A DNA stretch of 64,000 nt from Eledone cirrhosa (GCA_964016885.1 OZ024742.1:45136001-45200000); one strand, 5' to 3'. Positions 1 to 14,460 are shown, counted from the first letter of the stretch. The notes: generated by a model from the sequence alone, not told the origin. Numbers and translations are program-made.

Positions 1-410
1 CAGTCCAAGACAGTGGTTTGGTGGAATTGTTAGAATGTTGGATAGGATACCTTGAAGTGTTGGTTAATGTTCTTTGCATTCTGAGTTCTTGAGAGGTAGA
101 ATGGTAGACGTCGTTGCCTGGTATAACACCATCACCACCTTACTCTTAGCTATATTTAATTGTGTTCATTCTGTTGCAAATATTTAAACCAGGTCTCCAG
201 TTTAGGAGAATTTCATCCTTTTCTCTTACCAAACTTGAAGTCTGTGTAAAAAAAAAAAAGTATAGGATACTAGGCACTACTCTTTCTTCCATGGCTGCTT
301 GAAACTGCTAGAAATAGCACCTACCCTTGTATGAACCTATGAAAGAACCTCTACATGGCTACTAGAAATAGCATGTATGCAGTTTACCCTTTTTGAGTGG
401 TTGACTGTAT

Positions 411-695
411 CTGTCACTCAGGTTAACTCCACCATGTAGCTTCTGTCATCCAGTGTAACTCCACCCCTTGTCTCTTGTCACTCAGTTTAACTCCATCACA
501 TGGCGCCTGTTATCTAGTTTAACTCCACCACTTGGCTCCTGTCACTCAGTTTAACTCCACCTCTTGGTCCCTGTCACCCAGTTTAACTCCTTGGTTCCTG
601 TCATCCAGTTTAACTCCACCTCTTAATCCTTGTCACTCAGTTTAACTCCACCCCTTTATCCTTGTCACCCAGTTTAACTCCACCCCTTGGTCCTT
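411..695. repeat. Minisatellite, about 8-9 degenerate copies of a ~33-bp unit (core TGTCACYCAGTTTAACTCCACC)
   Basis: CAGTTTAACTCCACC recurs at ~33-bp spacing, and the intervening sequences resemble each other. Confidence 0.85.
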
Positions 696-1204
696 GCAAA
701 TATCAATATCAAGTCTGTGGTTTGAAAATAATTGCATAAGTTATAATTTATTTCCTTCCCTTTCCTCTCTCCTTTCAGTCTCTGAAACCCTGCCATAATA
801 TCGACATCACTTTCCTTCCCTTTTCGCACTAAACTATATTTTTAAAAATCAGACCCGACTGTTTAAAAAAAGTGCAGAGGATACATTAAATGATATAGTC
901 CAAAATTGGGATAATGCCTTTTGTCGTAGGTGCATTTAATTAGGGCTAGCCTGGAGCTAAACCACAGTAACAATATTCTTGCCTATATTACTAAAAAAAA
1001 ACTTCAATTTGCTTTAAGTTAGAAGGATTTCTCCATCTTAATTTCCTAATTTTCTTTCTGTTGCCTTTAGTAATACTTGCTGTTGTAAATATTTCCTCAA
1101 CACTCAATAACGTAACTGTGTCATCATACTTACTTATGTATTGTGTTTGCTATGTCAATACTTTATTTTATATGTGTGATTATATATCATACTTGATTGT
1201 TATA

Positions 1205-1460
1205 AGTGGCACATTGAAAGGGTCATGGAATATTGGTTAGAGTACCTTGTTCTGTGACACATTGACTGAGTCATGTTGTGTTGGTTAGACTGCCTTGCTC
1301 TGGCACATTGACAGTCATAGTGTGTTGGTTTGAATGTCTTGCTCTGTGGCACATGGAAAGAGTGATGGAGTGTTGATGAGACTGCCTTGTTATGTGACAC
1401 ATTGACAGTCATGAGACATTGGATAGTGCCTTGCTCTGTGGCACATTGACAGTGTTGGTT
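1205..1460. repeat. Degenerate minisatellite, ~45-50-bp unit (TGCCTTGYTCTGTGGCACATTGACAGTCAT)
   Basis: GGCACATTGACAG or GACACATTGAC recurs about six times. Confidence 0.75.
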
Positions 1461-1486
1461 ACTCCTGGATGACCAAAAATATAGTA

Positions 1487-1694
1487 CAGGTACACAATCT
1501 CTTATTTGAAAAGCTTGGGACCAGACAGTTTTGGGAATTTTTCAGATTTTGGAATAGAAGATTTTTAGCGTAGATTTTAAAGTTTTTTTATCTTCCTACA
1601 CATTAACATCATTTTTTTCTTCAGCTCCATTCCAGTCTATCAAATACATGTTTAAAAAATAGAAAAGAATTTCAGATAAAAGATTGTGAACCTG
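1487..1694. mobile_element. MITE, Tc1/mariner-pogo type
   Basis: TIRs CAGGTACACAATCTCTTAT and ATAAAAGATTGTGAACCTG, with TA on both sides. Confidence 0.7.
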
Positions 1695-1844
1695 TACTAG
1701 GTCATTAATAGTGAAACTATGTAAAACCATTGTTGTAGGGTTTGTTTAAAATCTTTATTTATTGATTTCTTTGATTTCAGGTTGAACTAGATTTGATTGT
1801 CAGCTGATGAGAAGTAGAAGTGACCACCACTACCACCACCACAA

Positions 1845-1950
1845 ATATATACATATGCATGTATGTGTGTGTATGTATAATGTATGTGTATATATATGTA
1901 TGTATATCTATGTGTGTATATATATATATATATATATGTGTGTTTGTGTT

Positions 1951-1996
<46 letters not shown>

Positions 1997-2150
1997 GTAT
2001 GAAGGTATATGTGTATGTCTATCTATATGTGTATATATTTATATATATATATATATAATGTGTATGTGTATATATTTATATATATATATATATAATGTGT
2101 ATGTATATACATTTATATATATATATATATGTATGTGTGGTTATATATAG
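1845..2150. repeat. (TA)n/(TG)n compound microsatellite (one of many, e.g. 3655-3885, 4285-4375, 11940-12140, 29168-29219, 40541-40605, 59148-59217)
   Basis: Direct reading of dinucleotide runs. Confidence 0.95.
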
Positions 2151-2302
2151 TATATTTGGCATGCCAGCTGACCAATAACAGACATTCACCAACAGTAAGC
2201 TGTCCTATATATTTCAGTGTCAATATGTGCCACCTTATTCCACCATGTTGATAGATGTCATTGCTCAACTCCAACATGGTTCTTTTCATTCTTTCTTGTT
2301 TT

Positions 2303-2334
<32 letters not shown>

Positions 2335-2830
2335 TACCTCCATCTCTGTATTTTTTTTCCTACTTTTTAATTTACCCTTTGTTCAAAAGAAATACATATA
2401 TTTGGTTGGAACTATTCACTGAGATTATTTTAATTTTTACTCATATGATAATCTATCTACCCCTAATGTCTTTTTTTTTTTCGTCTCATTAAAAAAAAAA
2501 CATCTCTTTCTACTTAGCCCCTCCCCTACACTATTTTACTAGAACTCCTCCTCTCCATTAAGTTTTTCATTACTACCCCCCTCCACTCTCTCCATTTCTC
2601 TACCTGCCTTCCTACTCTGTCGTCTTGCAACTTGTTTCTCTTCTCTTCAACTCGGTCAGCTCAGATCTAGTAGAACCTACAAATAGTTGAGTTCAATAAA
2701 ATTGTACGCTCCAGCTCACTACACCAATGTTATTTTTTTTTGTTTTATTTTGTGCTTTTTATTATGTGTATGTGTGTGTGTGTATATATATATATCTTAT
2801 ATATATTTATATATATATATATATATATAT

Positions 2831-3083
2831 AATCAAAGCAAGTTTCTTTTGAAACAGCAAGCGAAGTTTGAAATTCGTTAGAAATAGAAGCTTTTGCCAT
2901 ATTTTTTACTAAAGGAGTTTTAGCCTGATAGTGGGGTTTTAAAAACCCTCTAAAAATGGAAAAGGATAAGTATTGATGTATCCCACTAACAGTTCTTTCC
3001 ATTTTTAGAGGGTTTTAAACCCCACTATCAGGCTAAACTTTTAGTCAAAAATACGGAGAAAGCTTCTATTTTTGATGAATTTC
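2831..3083 (-). mobile_element. Foldback mini-element (palindrome ~2870-3083 plus unpaired tail) in (TA)n; AGAAGCTT-motif group
   Basis: Arms GAAATTCGTTAGAAATAGAAGCTTTT...CCCTCTAAAAATGGAAA and TTTCCATTTTTAGAGGG...AAAAGCTTCTATTTTTGATGAATTTC are reverse complements. TA runs flank both sides. Confidence 0.7.
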
Positions 3084-3100
3084 ATATATATATATATATA

Positions 3101-3361
3101 GTAAAAATAATGTTTCATGCACGACCATTGGTTTGGCGGTCCAATTATGGCCACCACTGTATATTGGCGGAGGCTCTTCCAAACTGACCCCTCATCAGGC
3201 ACGATGAGGGGTCAATTTGTACTGTGGTGGTCATAACTTTATCCTGAAATCAATGGCCGCACATAGATGTTAAGTGTATGCAACATTATTTATACTAAAT
3301 AAGATCTCTTGCAATAGATTGAGCATTGTTTTCCTTGATCTTTCATCTATGAATATCCTGC
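3101..3361 (+). mobile_element. Foldback mini-element with decayed hammerhead ribozyme arms and a 3' tail
   Basis: Hairpin centre TGACCCCTCATC-AGGCAC-GATGAGGGGTCA. The minus strand reads CTGATGA-GGGGTC...GACCGCC-AAAC-CAATGG-TC. The tail contains CTCTTGCAATAGATTGAGC. Flanked by (TA)n. Confidence 0.6.
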
Positions 3362-3389
3362 ATATATATATGTATATAGTTATAATTTT

Positions 3390-3655
3390 ATTGGAAATTA
3401 ACTTTTAGAAGCTTCAACATATTTTTTGGACTATGAAAAATAATCTAATAAATTGGGCATAAAAGCCCCTGGATGAAAAAAAAAAAAGGTGACAGCATCA
3501 CCCAGGTAATGCTGTCACCTTTTTTCTTTCATTCTTTTTAAGCCCAATTTATTAGATTATTTTTCATAGTCCAAAAAATATACTAGAAGCTTCTAACTTT
3601 AAGTTGATTTTCCATAAATACATATCTGCTCAACGTTTCTAAAAATAGATCATTG
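3390..3655 (+). mobile_element. Foldback mini-element (palindrome centred at ~3503) plus tail, AGAAGCTT-motif group
   Basis: Centre AGGTGACAGCATCACC-C-AGGTAATGCTGTCACCT. The outer arms TATTTTTTGGACTATGAAAAATAATCTAATAAATTGGGC and its reverse complement pair. Confidence 0.7.
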
Positions 3656-3704
<49 letters not shown>

Positions 3705-4100
3705 GTGTGTGTATGTATATGTATGTGTGTATGTATATATATATATATGTGTATGTGTGTATGTATGTATGTATGTGTATATATGTGTGTGTGTATGTAT
3801 GTATGTATGTATGTATATATATATATGTGTATGTATGTGTATACATGTATGTATATAATGTATGTATATGCATATATATATATAATGGGTTTTTTAATTC
3901 AAATGTTTATAGTATCTTTACTAGTAGACAGATTTGGGGAAATTTGGTGATATTGCTGTAAAGACTTTAATTTTTAATGTGAAGCAGTCATAGTGCTGTT
4001 TGCTGATGTGATTTCATGTGGTGCGTGGTGTTAAGAGTTAAAATATGCAGTACTACATTGAATAACAGTCTTACTAGTCTCAATTAGTAACATGTTATCC

Positions 4101-4137
<37 letters not shown>

Positions 4138-4321
4138 CTTGTACATGTAAATATATACATATGTATATATTTACATGTGCATGTATATATATATACATTA
4201 TGAAGTGTAATGCACGAATAGTCAAATTGTTAATATATATTTTCAACTTACACATTTTGTGTTAATTTCTCATTTCATTTATTTGTATGTGTGTGTATAT
4301 ATATATATATGTGTGTGTATG

Positions 4322-4370
<49 letters not shown>

Positions 4371-4650
4371 TATATAAAATGTTATACTGTTTTTGTTAAT
4401 TACAAAGTGTCTCAATTGTTAACTTGTTTATTCTGCCTACTCCCAGCCCCCACTGTTATTTCCACAATCCATCCTAACTAAGGGAGGTATTGTTATTGTA
4501 AATGTAGACATGAAGATTGAAAGTAAAATCAGAATGGAGCAGGAGAGAAAGACTAACAACAGATTGGAAATACCAAACAAGCTTAAATTCCTTCCCACCA
4601 ACTACCTAGTCCTTTTCTGACATTTGCTTTATTCCCCCTACAATGTAATT

Positions 4651-4687
<37 letters not shown>

Positions 4688-6039
4688 CGTTAATTAATAT
4701 TCACTACTATCTATGTTTCCTGCTGCTGGTCACTGCTTACCCCAGCAGACCAGTGTGCAATTTTAATCATTTACTTAGTGATTCTTTCAGTATTACTTTG
4801 AGCAAGTAATGATGAGGTCAGTATAAAACCAAAACATGCATGGAGTTATCTCCTATACTTGCTAGGGTAAAATGAAAAAAATATAATATATTGGACATTG
4901 ATTATCATGTTTTTTTCCTAAGTGCATAATTATTTCTAGTTTATTTCCTGCATGAAATATACTAATGTATCCTTGTAATATAATTCCCTGATTCTATTAT
5001 GGATATATATAATATATATATTATAGATGTAATTTTCAGTGACTCAAATCTTTCTTAATCTCATCTCATTGGTCTATAAATATCAATCACTAAGCAATAA
5101 TTTTCAATTAATAAAATATTGATTGCTTCAATATTTGCTTAGCCATCATAAAGAATTTTGATTTCAGTAAAAATCTAAGTGCTCACACAATTTGTGTGTG
5201 TGATTTAAATCCTTTTTTTTTAGTAACCTTGCCTGTAGCTTAATATTTATGAAAGCAATTAGCATTAATTAGAGTGTAGGACATAATGCTTTACAGTATT
5301 TCTTCTGGTTCTCTGTGCCCTTAGTTCAAATCTCATTGACATTAACTTTTGCTGTTCATTTATTTGGGTTCAATATAATATAGTCAAGGTCAGTGGATTG
5401 CCAGAATTGTTAGTGTCATATAAAATGTCTCGTGGTATTTATTCCAGCTCTGTGTTCTGAGTTCAGATTCCCCTGTGACCTACATGAGTGCTAAATTTAA
5501 CCTGGTTTTTGGGGCTCGTTTGCAGATATGCCCCTCTGTTGCAAGCATTTTGGCTCAGGCCTCCAGTTGGATGATACTTTCTTCCTTCCTTTTCACTAGT
5601 CTTGGAGGCCTTGAAAAGGGTCGGGGTTGGTGCTTTACTCACCCCCCCTCAACAGAAAAAGAAAAATCTGATGAATTTTAATTTAATTTTTTTCTATTTT
5701 AGAAATTCAAAAATTATTTTTTTCTGAATATATAAAATTCTGTTGTTTTCTCTTGTATTGCTCACTGTGCTAACAGTTATCAGTACATGACAGTTGAACT
5801 CTGTTCACCTGATATGGAACTGTAATGAATTGAATCTGGTTATTAGTAAAATCTCCCTTAAATTACATCCTTCCGTCTCTAAAAAAAAAGATGCATTAGA
5901 TAATAGAGTTTTGATCTCTGGAGAAAAAAGACATGATCAAGATTTGAATACCTCTAACTTTAGGTCCGTTTACTCAGCACTCACCTGAAATTAAACAACA
6001 ATAACATTATAGCAATTAAATTTTAAGGGAGGTGTGCAG

Positions 6040-6302
6040 ACTAGGGGTAAGGATGATAGACTTACAATCATAGCGCCATGAGTTTAATTCCTGGACTGAG
6101 TTGTGTGTTGTGTTCTTGAGCAAAACACTTCAATTCACATTGTTCCCATATTCTCAGCTGAAAATGAGTACCAGCAGTAACTGGGGGTTTAACCCTGCAA
6201 TGGACTGGCGTCATGTCCAGGTGGGAGTCGTGTACTCTGTCACTTCATGGAAAACGGGGTAAGCACTGACCTGCTGAGCCTCCAAGCTCGAGACAGACTT
6301 TA
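6040..6302 (+). mobile_element. Old tRNA-derived SINE (related copies on minus at ~18560-18725 and ~22340-22620)
   Basis: B-box-like GAGTTTAATTCC followed by TGTGTTCTTGAGCAAAACACTT...CAGCTGAAAATGAGTACCAGC, which is seen inverted in the other copies. Confidence 0.55.
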
Positions 6303-7589
6303 GAATTAACAGTTTATAGTTGTATTGTTCTCATAGGGGCTGAAATATGAAGTCAATTTAGTTAGGATTTGAAAGTTTGTGAACCTAGAAAACAGTAATC
6401 ATCATGAGCTGTTTGATTTAGTTTTGTTCAGAATTTAGGATAACTGAAACTTTCAACGAAAATACTAACTGGGAAATACTATTTGCAAATAACTGTTCTA
6501 GTTGTTCTTTAGCCCTAGGTCAGCCTCGGTTGAGTAGACATGTGATTAAAGGCATTCCTGGCATGGTCATCCTGTACTTTTCTTGAGTACTGCATATCTA
6601 GAACTATATTATGCAATGCAGCCCTCCTTTTTCAAGATGGTATGTTATAATTTGAGCTGCAATTTTTATTAGGTTATGTAACAATGTAAAGGTTTCTGAG
6701 TTGGCTTAAGCACTAGTAATTTCTACATTAACAATGTTGAGTAAATAAATGGGTTTTGGGTTTGTTAAAAATTGTTATCCTAAATTTATCAATGAATGTC
6801 ATAACTGAGATCCTTTTGTTAGGGATATAGTTGACATATCTATCTGGCTACAACTAGATCATTGTTCATCATTAAATTGTGCATAATTGATAGGTAATAT
6901 GATGCACGTGTCAATGTGTAGAGTTTAATATTTGGCTTTGAATTGAAGAATAAGCTAAATTGTTGTTCTTTGGTTGTGGTTGGCTTTATTGAGTAGACCT
7001 AGGACTAAAGACATTCCAGGCATATCCATTCATCATTATTTCAAATATCTAGAATTGTGTTATTCGATGTTTCCAAACTTGTTTTCTTAAGATTGATAGA
7101 GTATGGTTTGAGGAAGAATTGGCTGCCATATAGAAGGTTAAGTGACCATAGAGAGGTCTTCTGTGTTGACTTGAATAAGCTTAGAATTATTTAATAGCAG
7201 GGAAGGTAGATGAAACAAAACAATTATTGTTCATGAGAGAAGAGACATTGCATGTAAGAAAGATCATTGTTCACGTGTTGGGAATAAATGTTATATGTTG
7301 AGTGAAAGAGAGGAGATCATTGAAAATAGTTTTATTCTTGGGTACATAAAAATATTTACCTGGATTGATATAAGAGAAATGATGTTATTGATTTATTTGT
7401 TAGTTATATAAGCTGAAATAAAATAAAACTCTTTTTTAATGTGTCTCAGCATTTGTAACATCACCTAGGCAAATATCTAGACACACACACACACACTACA
7501 TACACATACACATTTTTTCACTTGTGTTCAGGCAATGTTGTGGGGTTATGAAATTTAATTTGCAGCCATATAGTTTTCTTGAAGCAATG

Positions 7590-8670
7590 GATAAAGGCAG
7601 GAGCACAATGGACATCATTTTCTTGGCTTGCCAGCTGCAAGAGAAATATTTAGAATATCATGTGGCTTTGTACCAGGTTTTTGTTGACTTCACTAAAGCT
7701 TTTGACTCTGTAAATAGGGATGCCCTATGGACCATTTTTGGTATAGTGAGATTGTTCAAACAACTACATCGAGGTATGAAAGGGAGGCTTAACTTCAATG
7801 GTTCTCTATCTGAACCCATAGCCATCGACAATGGAGTTAAGCAAGGGGACATCCCAGCACCAATACTGTTTTCTATCTTCTTTGCCGCGACTCTCACATG
7901 TGCGTTTCAGAATTGCAATGTTGGTGTGTATCTGCATTTCTGAACCACAGGTAAGGTTTTTAAATTGACATGCTTTAGGGCCAAATCAAAGACTTTCCAG
8001 TCTGTCATCAAAGAGTTTCTCTATGCTGACAATGTAGACCTAGTGCTCATGTTGAGGAGGACATGCAGGCAATTATGGACCTGTTTTCTGGGGCATCTAC
8101 TGCTTTCTAGCTTACTATCAACAAAGAAAAGATGGTCATGTATACACCACCTTCTAATCAACATTATGCTGAGCCCAACAGCTTTGTTCAGGGTCTGAGG
8201 CTGAAGGTTATTAATACATTTGTCTACCTTGGTAGTGCTCTCTCCAGAGATGGTTCATTGGACTCCGAAACAGAACTAAGGATTAAAAAAAGCGAGCAAA
8301 TTATTCGGTAGGTTGGAGGAATGAGCCTGGTCAGACAGGGACATCTCATTTGGTACTAAAATAAGTGTCTACCAATCCTGTGTCCTGACAATTCTCTTGT
8401 ACTCTTCTAAGACTTGGACCACATACTGACATCATATGAAGACATTGGAAAGATTCCACCAAAAATGCTAGGGTGTATTTTGAACATTAAGTGGCAGTCA
8501 TTTACACCTCACACCATTGTTCTGCAGCAGGCCAATACATCCAGCTTAGAAAATCTACTCATTCAAAACTAACTGCATTGGACAGGGCATTTAAGGCAGA
8601 TGGGAGATGAGAGCTTGCCTAAGCCTATTTTGTACGGAGAATTAACTCTTGGTAAACACCCCAGATACAA
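7590..8670 (+). pseudogene. Degraded RTE (BovB-like) LINE RT fragment
   Basis: FVDFTKAFDSVNR, GVKQGD and FLYADN motifs, with several stops and frameshifts. Confidence 0.85.
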
Positions 8671-8680
8671 TGTATATATG

Positions 8681-8731
<51 letters not shown>

Positions 8732-8741
8732 ATATATATAT

Positions 8742-9102
8742 CATTGTCATCATCATTGTCGTTTTAACGTTCGCTTTCCCTGTTAGCAAGGATTGGACGA
8801 GTCTATACAGTCTAAGTTGATACTGAAGTGGAGCTACTGACCTCCCAAGCAAGCCAGGGATCTGTGTGTCACTTATGTACGGTCTCACATTCCAGGAGAG
8901 GTTGAAAAATCTTTGACACAACTGAGGGTCCTCCCAAGATTTCTACAGCTGAATGCTCTTCCTATCACCAGCCACCTTACAGTGTGTACTAGGTGAATTT
9001 ATCATGTAAATCACCAACGCTAGGGAGGTTGTCATGCCTCTGACACAACTGGAGGGTTTTTCCGGCCCTTTTTCTAGCAAATTTTCTATCACCAACCATT
9101 GC

Positions 9103-9141
<39 letters not shown>

Positions 9142-9308
9142 CATCACTGTTTAATGTCTATTTTCCATGCTTGCATGTGTTAGGCAGGCGTCCACATTAT
9201 GAGACAATTCTGGCCAGCTGGCTGCACTGTATCTTGATCAAACGGAACTGTATTTTGGGTGGGATTTTTACAGATGGATGCCTTTCCTTACATCAACCAC
9301 GTTTACAT

Positions 9309-9351
<43 letters not shown>

Positions 9352-10200
9352 GCATATATATATTCCCAAGCAGGGAAAAGTGGACGTAAAATGATGATGA
9401 TATATATATATATATATAATATAAATATATATAATGTGAATGTGTGTGTGTGTGTGTGTGTGTATAGATGGTGGGAGAACTCTTCTTCAGCTAATCTCCC
9501 TAATGTTAGTGATCATACAATAAAGATGTCCAGTACTCTCCGTAATGTTGTTGGTGACAATAAGAGTATCCAGCCATAGAAAACTTGCTAAACAAAGAGA
9601 TGGGAGGACTCTTCAGCCAAGTCAAGAACACGACAATCTCCCTAGTTTTGTGGTGCCAAGATAAAATTCATTTGGTAGCGTGCAGTTTCATAAGGGAATC
9701 TTGCAAGCTACCAGCTCATCTGAGCATTCAGTAGGTTGCAGGAACTTAAGCAGGCTCCCGGCCTACTGTGGTGTCAGTACCTTTGCTTTGAGAACTGAAA
9801 TTGGTCTGCTAACAACCTGTCCAACCCTTGCTAGCAGGGAAAGCTAATAATAAATGATGGTGATGTGCAAAAAGCACTCATTATACCCTGTAAAGTGCTA
9901 GTGTTGGTGACATGACAAAAAGCACTCACTCTTTCCACCAAGGTGGTTGTGCTGGTGACATGACAAAAAAACGCAGAGTCCACCCTGTTAAATGGTCGTT
10001 TTGGTGCCCCGATAAAAAGCCCATAGTCAATACTGTAATATGGTTAGTGTTATGAAGAGCATCCAGCCATAGCAACCAAGTCAAAATACAGATCCGTATG
10101 AGCAAGACCCTGTCTCCTGATGCAACTTGTCTCATAACATGACAGCCCATCTAACCCATACAAGCATGAAAAATGGACATTAAACGATGATCATGATTAT
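8742..10200. mobile_element. Cluster of non-autonomous RTE-3'-end relics with (GAT)n/(CAT)n tails (also ~15620-15820, 17052-17330, 18383-18553, 43830-44066)
   Basis: They share the CATCATC-GTTTAACGTC-CRYTTTCCAYGC terminus and the GGATGCCCTTCCTAAC and AAAAAGCACCCAG motifs with the 3' UTR of the RTE at 37458-37830. Confidence 0.65.
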
Positions 10201-10989
10201 GTATATATATAGCATATACTTATATATATTGTCATCATTTTACATGTTTTTTCCATATTTGCATGGTTGGATTGGTCCACTCTAGCACACTTGTTTCATT
10301 CCTTTGCCTTCATTTCTGTCTATCAAGATACCTTCATAAGGTATTGGTCAACCTCAAGCTGTAGTAGATACTTGTCCAATATGCCACACAGTGTGACTGA
10401 ATGCAGAACTTAGTGGTTGCAAACCAAACTTCTTAATCCCATTGCCATACTTACAGTATGTCTATAATTATGTGTGAATGCATACATACATATATATATA
10501 CACACAAAAGTATTTGAAGAAAATTAACCCACTTTCTACTACTCCCTTTGAGATTTGATTGTATACTTCAATATGTGTAATATACATATACATACACACA
10601 GGTATCTTTACCAAAACACAGCCATTGTACTCACTAACTATTTGTGTGTATTCTGTATTTTAAGATGCAGTTCCTCAACTGCTAGCTTATTGAGTGAGTG
10701 GGTCATGGCAAGAAATCACTGAAATAAATTCAGTGACTTTCATATACTATGTATATATACACATATATTAAAAAAATTATCATCTTTGTATTTTGTACCA
10801 GTTATATAGTTTTTATTTCTAGACAAATGGGATCACAAAAGTTGAATATATTTGTTTCATTGTTTTAAAACTTTAACCAATTTTAAGATAGTCATGTTAT
10901 TCCAAAAGTTTTTTTTTACTCACACAAAATTTTAAATCAAATGCAAATATGTTGACATACTTTGTATGTAATGTCAAAAAAGGTATTAA

Positions 10990-11194
10990 CTCTTTAGCCT
11001 TTACATTACTTTATATTTACTATTGTATTTTCACAGTAAAGGCTTTAGTTCGCATAATTTTGAATCTACGAGATTTTAATATTTATTTTGAGAACAATAC
11101 CTTAGCATCAGTATGAGTGGCCAGTTACAGCCAGTTTGAACAGAAAGAGGTGAGAGAATTCGGGCCAGATACAGCCGGTTTAAATGCTAAAGGG
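10990..11194. mobile_element. piggyBac-like MITE
   Basis: TTAA-CTCTTTAGC ... GCTAAAGGG-TTAA. Confidence 0.7.
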
Positions 11195-11259
11195 TTAAAG
11201 AATGATATTTATATATTCTACTCTATAAATAATATAAACTACAGAAAAATAATAAGTAT

Positions 11260-11290
<31 letters not shown>

Positions 11291-11940
11291 ATTCAATAAA
11301 TATTGCATAGTTATTCTAAGACATTATATGTAGAATTTCAGTTTGTATTTTTCACATTTTTTTTAAAAATAAATTTTATTATCTTCAAGGCACAACCAGT
11401 TACATCACCTGGCAACCCACTGTGCCACAACATACCGTTTAGGAACCACTCTCTTACAGTACTGTCTTTATTACTGAAAAATGTTGACATTACATAGTTC
11501 ATAAAATGAAAATTCTGCCTCTGTCTTTCAGTCATATATGTATGTGTGTGTGTATAATAATAATAATAATAATAATGAAATTATTGTGTACAGTGCTCAG
11601 GTGCACTACAACTCCTCAAAGGTACATGTATAGTACATAGAATAATGTACAAATGTCGGGAAAGTGAACAGTGTATGAGTCATGATATAAATGTATGCAT
11701 GTGTATGGAGGGGGAATATCAGGTGTTGTGTTCGCGAATTTCAGGAAGCATGGAGATTTTAAAGGATGCAGTGTATGTATGTATTTTATACACGGCTTTA
11801 GTCGAATTTCATGGGATTAATAGTTTCATAGCCTGCCCTGTTAATGATACACAGCTATATATATATTTTTTATTTTATATACAAAGTTGTGTATCTGAGA
11901 GCCACTTAATCATCAGCCATTTTAGCATCCATCCATACTA

Positions 11941-11977
<37 letters not shown>

Positions 11978-12100
11978 CTGTGTATATATATATATATATA
12001 TCTGTGTATATATATATATATGTATATCTATATATGTATATCTATATATATATATATATGTGTGTGTATATCTATATATGTATATCTATCTATATAGATA

Positions 12101-12139
<39 letters not shown>

Positions 12140-14460
12140 CCCACATAAACAATTGTAGCATATGTCTTACTGATGATAGCTCTCGTTTTGTTCTTTTAAA
12201 ATGAAATAACTCAAAAATAGAATTTTTTAAAAATATATATTTTTTAGTTTGTTTTAAAGAAAAACCATTTTAAAATATTCCTGCAAAAAATGTTGTTTTT
12301 TCCTCTGGTATGTGGTACAAATCTATTTTATTAAAAGCCTAAAAATGTGGTTGTGACTTACTTCAGACTTGTACTACAACTTACTAACCAAAAATACTTG
12401 GTGAAGTAGTCCAAGTATAAAAAAATGTTATTAAACTCCTTATATTTCCTAAGATGAAATGTGAAGACTTATTGAATGTCAAAAATATATATCTATATAT
12501 TGCAGACGTTTTTTTTTTCAAGAAAATTGATTGTTTTATATAGTCAATCATATTGAGCAAACATTTTAATTCTATTCTTTTTAAAGTGGAATTTGCTATT
12601 TTACTCAATATTTTTCACTGGCCATCTATGTTTTTAAAGAAACTTCAAAAACATTTATCAGGAAAAAACAAATTATATTGACTCCTTCACCAGAATCTGA
12701 GACGTCTGGTCACCTTCAGATTTTTGTTTTGTTACATATATTATGGTCTCATATCTGTTTTAGAAACATTTATTATTATTATTATTATTTGCTTAATGCA
12801 GTATGTTAGAATTTCTACTTCTTTTTATTATTATTATTTTAAAGTACCAGTAATGCACTGGGTAATTGCTGGCCTTGTGCCTAAAGTAGAAACAATTATT
12901 ATTTTATTTTGCTTTGTTATTGTTAATTTTGGATTGCTATGACTCTTTTTCTTGTAATAGCTTTTATATTATCACAGGCCCTCTCCAAGATATTTTTTAT
13001 AACAGTTGTGTGTGTGTATTTAAAAATAACAGAAGGCTGGACTGGAAATATTCCTTTAAAGTTTGAAAAAAAACAACATACAAAACTATACATATTTCAA
13101 TAGCTTAGTTACATTGTAACTAGGCCATTGAAATGTGTATAGTGTTTTTTGCAACATTAAAACTTTAAAGGGATATTTCCAGTCTGGCCTTTCGTTATTT
13201 TTAAATAAATATTTAACTTTTATCCTGTACCAGTCACAGGATACCACATCTATGATGGATGAGTTGCAAAATGTAGTGCTTTTCTTATCATTAAATCATG
13301 GTTTGCTTACCAGAATGATTAGTTCCACTCATTGGTAAACCACACAACATAAATGGTTTATATATATATATATATATATGGAAGGAAAGGCTGGTAGCAT
13401 GTGTTTCATTGGAAGTTTTTTTGTGTTTTTTTTTGGATTAAAATATAAATATGTACAAAACTTACATTGGACAATATAAATATCTCCAGGCCAAAACAAT
13501 ATAATCAAACAGTCCAAAATGATTGTCTTTATATTTGTTTTGTTGCTTTTTCTTCATCATAATGTTCAAATTATTAGTTACCCTTCCCCCATCCCATTTT
13601 TTTAAAAATGTTTTGCACTTGAGAAATTTCTATTATAAAGTTATTTACAATTCATTTTATGCACTTAAAAGCTGGTTCCAAATATTATATATGTAGTGCT
13701 GAGCTGTGAGCAATAATCAAGTGTGTTCTGGCAGCACACTTCTATATATTACAAGTTTTACTTTCAATGAAACAAACTATACCCTTTGTACAGCGATTTT
13801 ATTTAAAGAAAAAATAAGAGAAAACTTCATAAAATCTCTGTACAAAGACAGTGACTGATTAAAGTACTCAATACTAACTGAAAGGTGCCAAACATGTAGA
13901 CAAAGTACAGTCTTATTCTTTGGGTTTTACTTTATTGCTTTCAATTGTCAAGCTGAAGTATTTCTAAGTTGGGTTCAACTTCATGCTCTTGTTTCTGACT
14001 TTTGTCTTCATATTAAGAGAATGGATTAAATATAAAAGATGCAGCTGTACCAATAATTCTACACAAAAGATGCAGTTGTACCAATAATTAAATAAAGTAG
14101 TGACTGCTATAAATAGATTTATAGGCATTATCTCACCTGTGTTTAGTAAGATGACTGAAAATGAAACAAAAACAAGATGGTGGGTGTATAAGTTATATTG
14201 CTAAACACAGAGGTGAAACAATTCCTATAAATTTATTTTACACCATCTTTTTTGTTTTATTTCATGTTAGGCAGTAGTTGGGGGTCATTACATTATATAT
14301 TGTATAAGTTATTGACCAACGATTTTTTTTGTTAAACTAGTAAGTATTATTAAGTGGCCTGAATGTAAGTACTGAATTAATATTAAATTGAACGTTTGAT
14401 AAATTAGTATGGAATAATAATGGTTGGGATGTGCTGGAATGTTCATATTTGATTGCTTAA

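Noticed and set aside
411-695. CRISPR-like periodic repeat
   Set aside because: The intervening sequences are short and similar to each other, the context is eukaryotic and there are no cas genes. It is a minisatellite.
1804-1810. Isolated CTGATGA hits (also ~5668, 12170-12176, 58534-58540 on minus)
   Set aside because: No properly placed stem II plus GAAA and closing stems; expected by chance or too decayed.
1807-2150. YI/CV-rich ORFs here and at many other loci
   Set aside because: Translations of (TA)n/(TG)n microsatellites.
13234-13335. Possible host exon (AG...GTAAAC, one open frame)
   Set aside because: No recognisable protein motif or partner exons; unsupported without transcripts.
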